A stretch of 64,000 bases of DNA from an uncultured bacterium (GTDB lineage Bacteria; Chloroflexota; UBA5177; JANWHV01): assembly GCA_963827235.1 (NCBI GenBank), contig CAWHAE010000012.1, positions 448,001 through 512,000 on the forward strand, given 5' to 3'. Made by a program: the position numbers and the translations under genes. Below are positions 61,446 to 64,000 of this stretch, piece after piece. Under the pieces are notes generated by a model. The model saw nothing but the letters and a program-made list of their open reading frames with translations, did not search any database and was not told the origin of the DNA. Positions within the stretch are counted from its first letter, which is position 1; each line of letters opens with the position of its first letter.

Positions 61446-64000
61446 TCAGGCAGATACCGCCGTGAACATCACCGTGCTGGAGCCGCTCAGGTTGTGGGCC
61501 GTCACCGCAAGGCCCGCCAGCAGCGTGCCTGTCAGGCCGGTCAGGGTGATGGTCGAGCCGGGTACCAGCGTCCAGGTGATGCCGTTGCTGGAGGTATAGG
61601 CGCTGAACGAGGTGCCGGTTCTGGTAACGCGCAGGTAGACGGGAGCCGCGCCGGTCAGGGACGCTTGCACCACCGCGAAGACCCCCTGGGGCGAGCGATA
61701 CTGGACGCTGATGCCGTTGCTCGGGGTGACCACGGCATCGTAGAATGCCGCGCCCGGTCCGGTGTTGCCGCGCAGCATCACGCCGGCTTTGGCCCACGGA
61801 TCGCTTAGGGTCTGGGAGAGCACCTGAGCGCTCACGCTACCGTCGCCAGCCAGGGTCTGGTAATCGAACCGGAGCTGGTCGCCGGTCCCCCAGATATCGC
61901 CGCCACCACCCACCACGGTCCAGGTGCCGCCGTTGACCGACTCGAAGCCGGCCACCGTGGGTGCGCCGATATCCGTGCAGGTCCAGCCCGCCGGGCAACC
62001 GCTAAGCGCCGGCGGTGTGCTCGTGCTGGTCGGCAACGGCGTGCTGGTGTTCGTCGCGGTGGGCAGTGGCGTGCTCGTATTCGTGGCGGTTGGTGTCGGC
62101 GAGCTCGTGTTGGTCGGCGTGGGCGGAAGTGTGGCAGTGGCAGACGGCGTGGCAGTGGCGGTGGCAGATGCCGTGGCCGTGCCGGTCGCCGTGCTGGTGC
62201 TGGTGGCGAGCGGGGTGCTGGTGGCGGTACTGGTGGCGGTGCTGGTCGCCAGTGGCGTAGCCGTGCTGCTGGGGCCCTGGGTAGGCGTGGGAATGCTGCC
62301 GCCGGCCACAACCACACCGGAGAAGGTTACGGTGCTGGAGCCGCTCAGGTTGTGGGCCGTCACCGCCAGGCCCGCCAGCAGCGTGCCTGTCAGGCCGGTC
62401 AGGGTGATGGTCGAGCCGGGTACCAGCGTCCAGGTGATGCCGTCGCCGGAGGTGTAGGCGCTGAACGAGGTGCCGGTTCTGGTAACGCGCAGATAGACGG
62501 GCACCTTGCCGGCCAGAGAGGCCTGCACCACCGCGGCCACGCCCTGGGGCGAGCGATACTGCACGCTGATGCCGTTGCTCGGGGTGACCACGGCATCGTA
62601 GAATGCCGCGCCCGGTCCGGTGTTGCCGCGCAGCATCACGCCGGCTTTGGCCCAGCCGTCGCTCACGGTCTGGGAGAGCACCTGAGCGCTCATGCTGCCG
62701 TCGGTGGAGAGCGACTGGTAGTCGAAGTGGAGCTGGTCGCCGGTGCCCCAGATATCGCCGCCACCGCCCACCACGGTCCAGGTGCCGCCGGTGAGCGACT
62801 CGGAGCCGGCCACCGCGGGTGCGCCGATGTCGGTGCAGCTCCAGCCCGCCGGGCAGCCCGCGGTGCTCGTCGTGCCGGTCGCCGTGCTGGTGCTGGTGAC
62901 GAGCGGGGTGCTGGTGGCGGTACTGGTGGCGGTGCTGGTCGCCAGTGGCGTAGCCGTGCTGCTGGGGCCCTGGGTAGGCGTGGGAATGCTGCCGCCGGCC
63001 ACGACCACACCGGAGAAGGTTACGGTGCTGGAGCCGCTCAGGTTGTGGGCCGTCACCGCCAGGCCCGCCAGCAGCGTGCCTGTCAGGCCGGTCAGGGTGA
63101 TGGTCGAGCCGGGTACCAGCGTCCAGGTGATGCCGTCGCCGGAGGTGTAGGCGCTGAACGAGGTGCCGGTTCTGGTAACGCGCAGATAGACGGGCACCTT
63201 GCCGGCCAGAGAGGCCTGCACCACCGCGGCCACGCCCTGGGGCGAGCGATACTGCACGCTGATGCCGTTGCTCGGGGTGACCACGGCATCGTAGAATGCC
63301 GCGCCCGGTCCGGTGTTGCCGCGCAGCATCACGCCGGCTTTGGCCCAGCCGTCGCTCACGGTCTGGGAGAGCACCTGAGCGCTCATGCTGCCGTCGGTGG
63401 AGAGCGACTGGTAGTCGAAGTGGAGCTGGTCGCCGGTGCCCCAGATATCGCCGCCACCGCCCACCACGGTCCAGGTGCCGCCGGTGAGCGACTCGGAGCC
63501 GGCCACCGCGGGTGCGCCGATGTCGGTGCAGCTCCAGCCCGCCGGACAGCCTGCCGCGCCGGTCGAGGTAGCGGTCGTGGTCGGCGTGGGGCCGATTGCA
63601 GTCGCCGTGGCCGTGGTGGTGGCAGTGCCTGTCGCGGTCGGGGCCGGCCCGCTGCCGCCGGCTACGGTCACGCCGGTGAGATTCACGGTGCTCAAGGCGG
63701 TCCCGTTGTGCGCCGTCACGGCGGGTCCGGCCAGCAGCGGACCGGAGAAGGCGGGGAAGCTCATGGTCGATCCGGGTATGAGAGTCCAGGTCACGCCGTC
63801 GCTCGACGTATAGGCGCTATACGTCGCGCCGGTCCTCGCCGCCATCAGGTACACGGGTGCGGCGCCGGGAGTGGACGCGATCTGAACTCCGCCTGCTCCT
63901 TCGCCCGTGTAGCCGCGGTACTGTACCACGATGCCGTTGCTTGGGGTGACCATGACATCGTAGAACGCGGCTATGGCCGTATTGGCGGTGCGGAGCATCA
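61446..64000 (-). CDS. Large secreted protein (5' end outside window) with tandem ConA/LamG-like (DUF1349-like) beta-sandwich domains and PT linkers
   Basis: At least four copies of W.CTDIG..GGGGDIWGTGDQ..WAKAGVMLR..YLRVTRTG..W..GLAVTAHN (first copy partial). Confidence 0.85.
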   Translation of the reverse strand, partial: MLRTANTAIAAFYDVMVTPSNGIVVQYRGYTGEGAGGVQIASTPGAAPVYLMAARTGATYSAYTSSDGVTWTLIPGSTMSFPAFSGPLLAGPAVTAHNGTALSTVNLTGVTVAGGSGPAPTATGTATTTATATAIGPTPTTTATSTGAAGCPAGWSCTDIGAPAVAGSESLTGGTWTVVGGGGDIWGTGDQLHFDYQSLSTDGSMSAQVLSQTVSDGWAKAGVMLRGNTGPGAAFYDAVVTPSNGISVQYRSPQGVAAVVQASLAGKVPVYLRVTRTGTSFSAYTSGDGITWTLVPGSTITLTGLTGTLLAGLAVTAHNLSGSSTVTFSGVVVAGGSIPTPTQGPSSTATPLATSTATSTATSTPLVTSTSTATGTTSTAGCPAGWSCTDIGAPAVAGSESLTGGTWTVVGGGGDIWGTGDQLHFDYQSLSTDGSMSAQVLSQTVSDGWAKAGVMLRGNTGPGAAFYDAVVTPSNGISVQYRSPQGVAAVVQASLAGKVPVYLRVTRTGTSFSAYTSGDGITWTLVPGSTITLTGLTGTLLAGLAVTAHNLSGSSTVTFSGVVVAGGSIPTPTQGPSSTATPLATSTATSTATSTPLATSTSTATGTATASATATATPSATATLPPTPTNTSSPTPTATNTSTPLPTATNTSTPLPTSTSTPPALSGCPAGWTCTDIGAPTVAGFESVNGGTWTVVGGGGDIWGTGDQLRFDYQTLAGDGSVSAQVLSQTLSDPWAKAGVMLRGNTGPGAAFYDAVVTPSNGISVQYRSPQGVFAVVQASLTGAAPVYLRVTRTGTSFSAYTSSNGITWTLVPGSTITLTGLTGTLLAGLAVTAHNLSGSSTVMFTAVSA
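62180..63543. repeat. Near-identical intragenic tandem duplication, period 693 bp
   Basis: ~62180-62850 matches ~62873-63543 with only a few SNPs seen. Confidence 0.9.

Overview
GC-rich (~68%) bacterial DNA. The gene content (double-zinc-ribbon gene before radC, GAAC-N4-GTTC-like box, transposase types, many Pro/Thr-stalked surface proteins) suggests Chloroflexota, but this is inference. Three zones. (1) 1-8.7 kb, core-like: Dna2-like nuclease-helicase, a structured intergenic region, secG and tRNA-Leu(CAG), DUF1848, an ECF sigma with a stalked anti-sigma, a zinc-ribbon gene and radC. (2) ~8.5-47.4 kb, a decaying accessory region bracketed by two direct copies of the radC 3' half that share an exact 17-bp core, so probably an old island integrated into radC. 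It holds stress genes, an AmmeMemoRadiSam pair split by a complete ISKra4-type IS, an ERCC4 nuclease, a sigma28-type MCP/EAL/HK patch, a class A PBP and many short gene scraps. (3) 47.7-64 kb, mostly intact: an uncharacterised GPRTxxGK protein with an SOS-like box, an ABC exporter, a HAF-repeat protein, a DEAD-box helicase, a Ser/Thr kinase, a GT4 and a repeat-expanded secreted protein. No CRISPR array, integrase or rRNA was found. Several frameshifts are single-base insertions and may be sequencing errors. All family calls come from motif recognition, not database searches.
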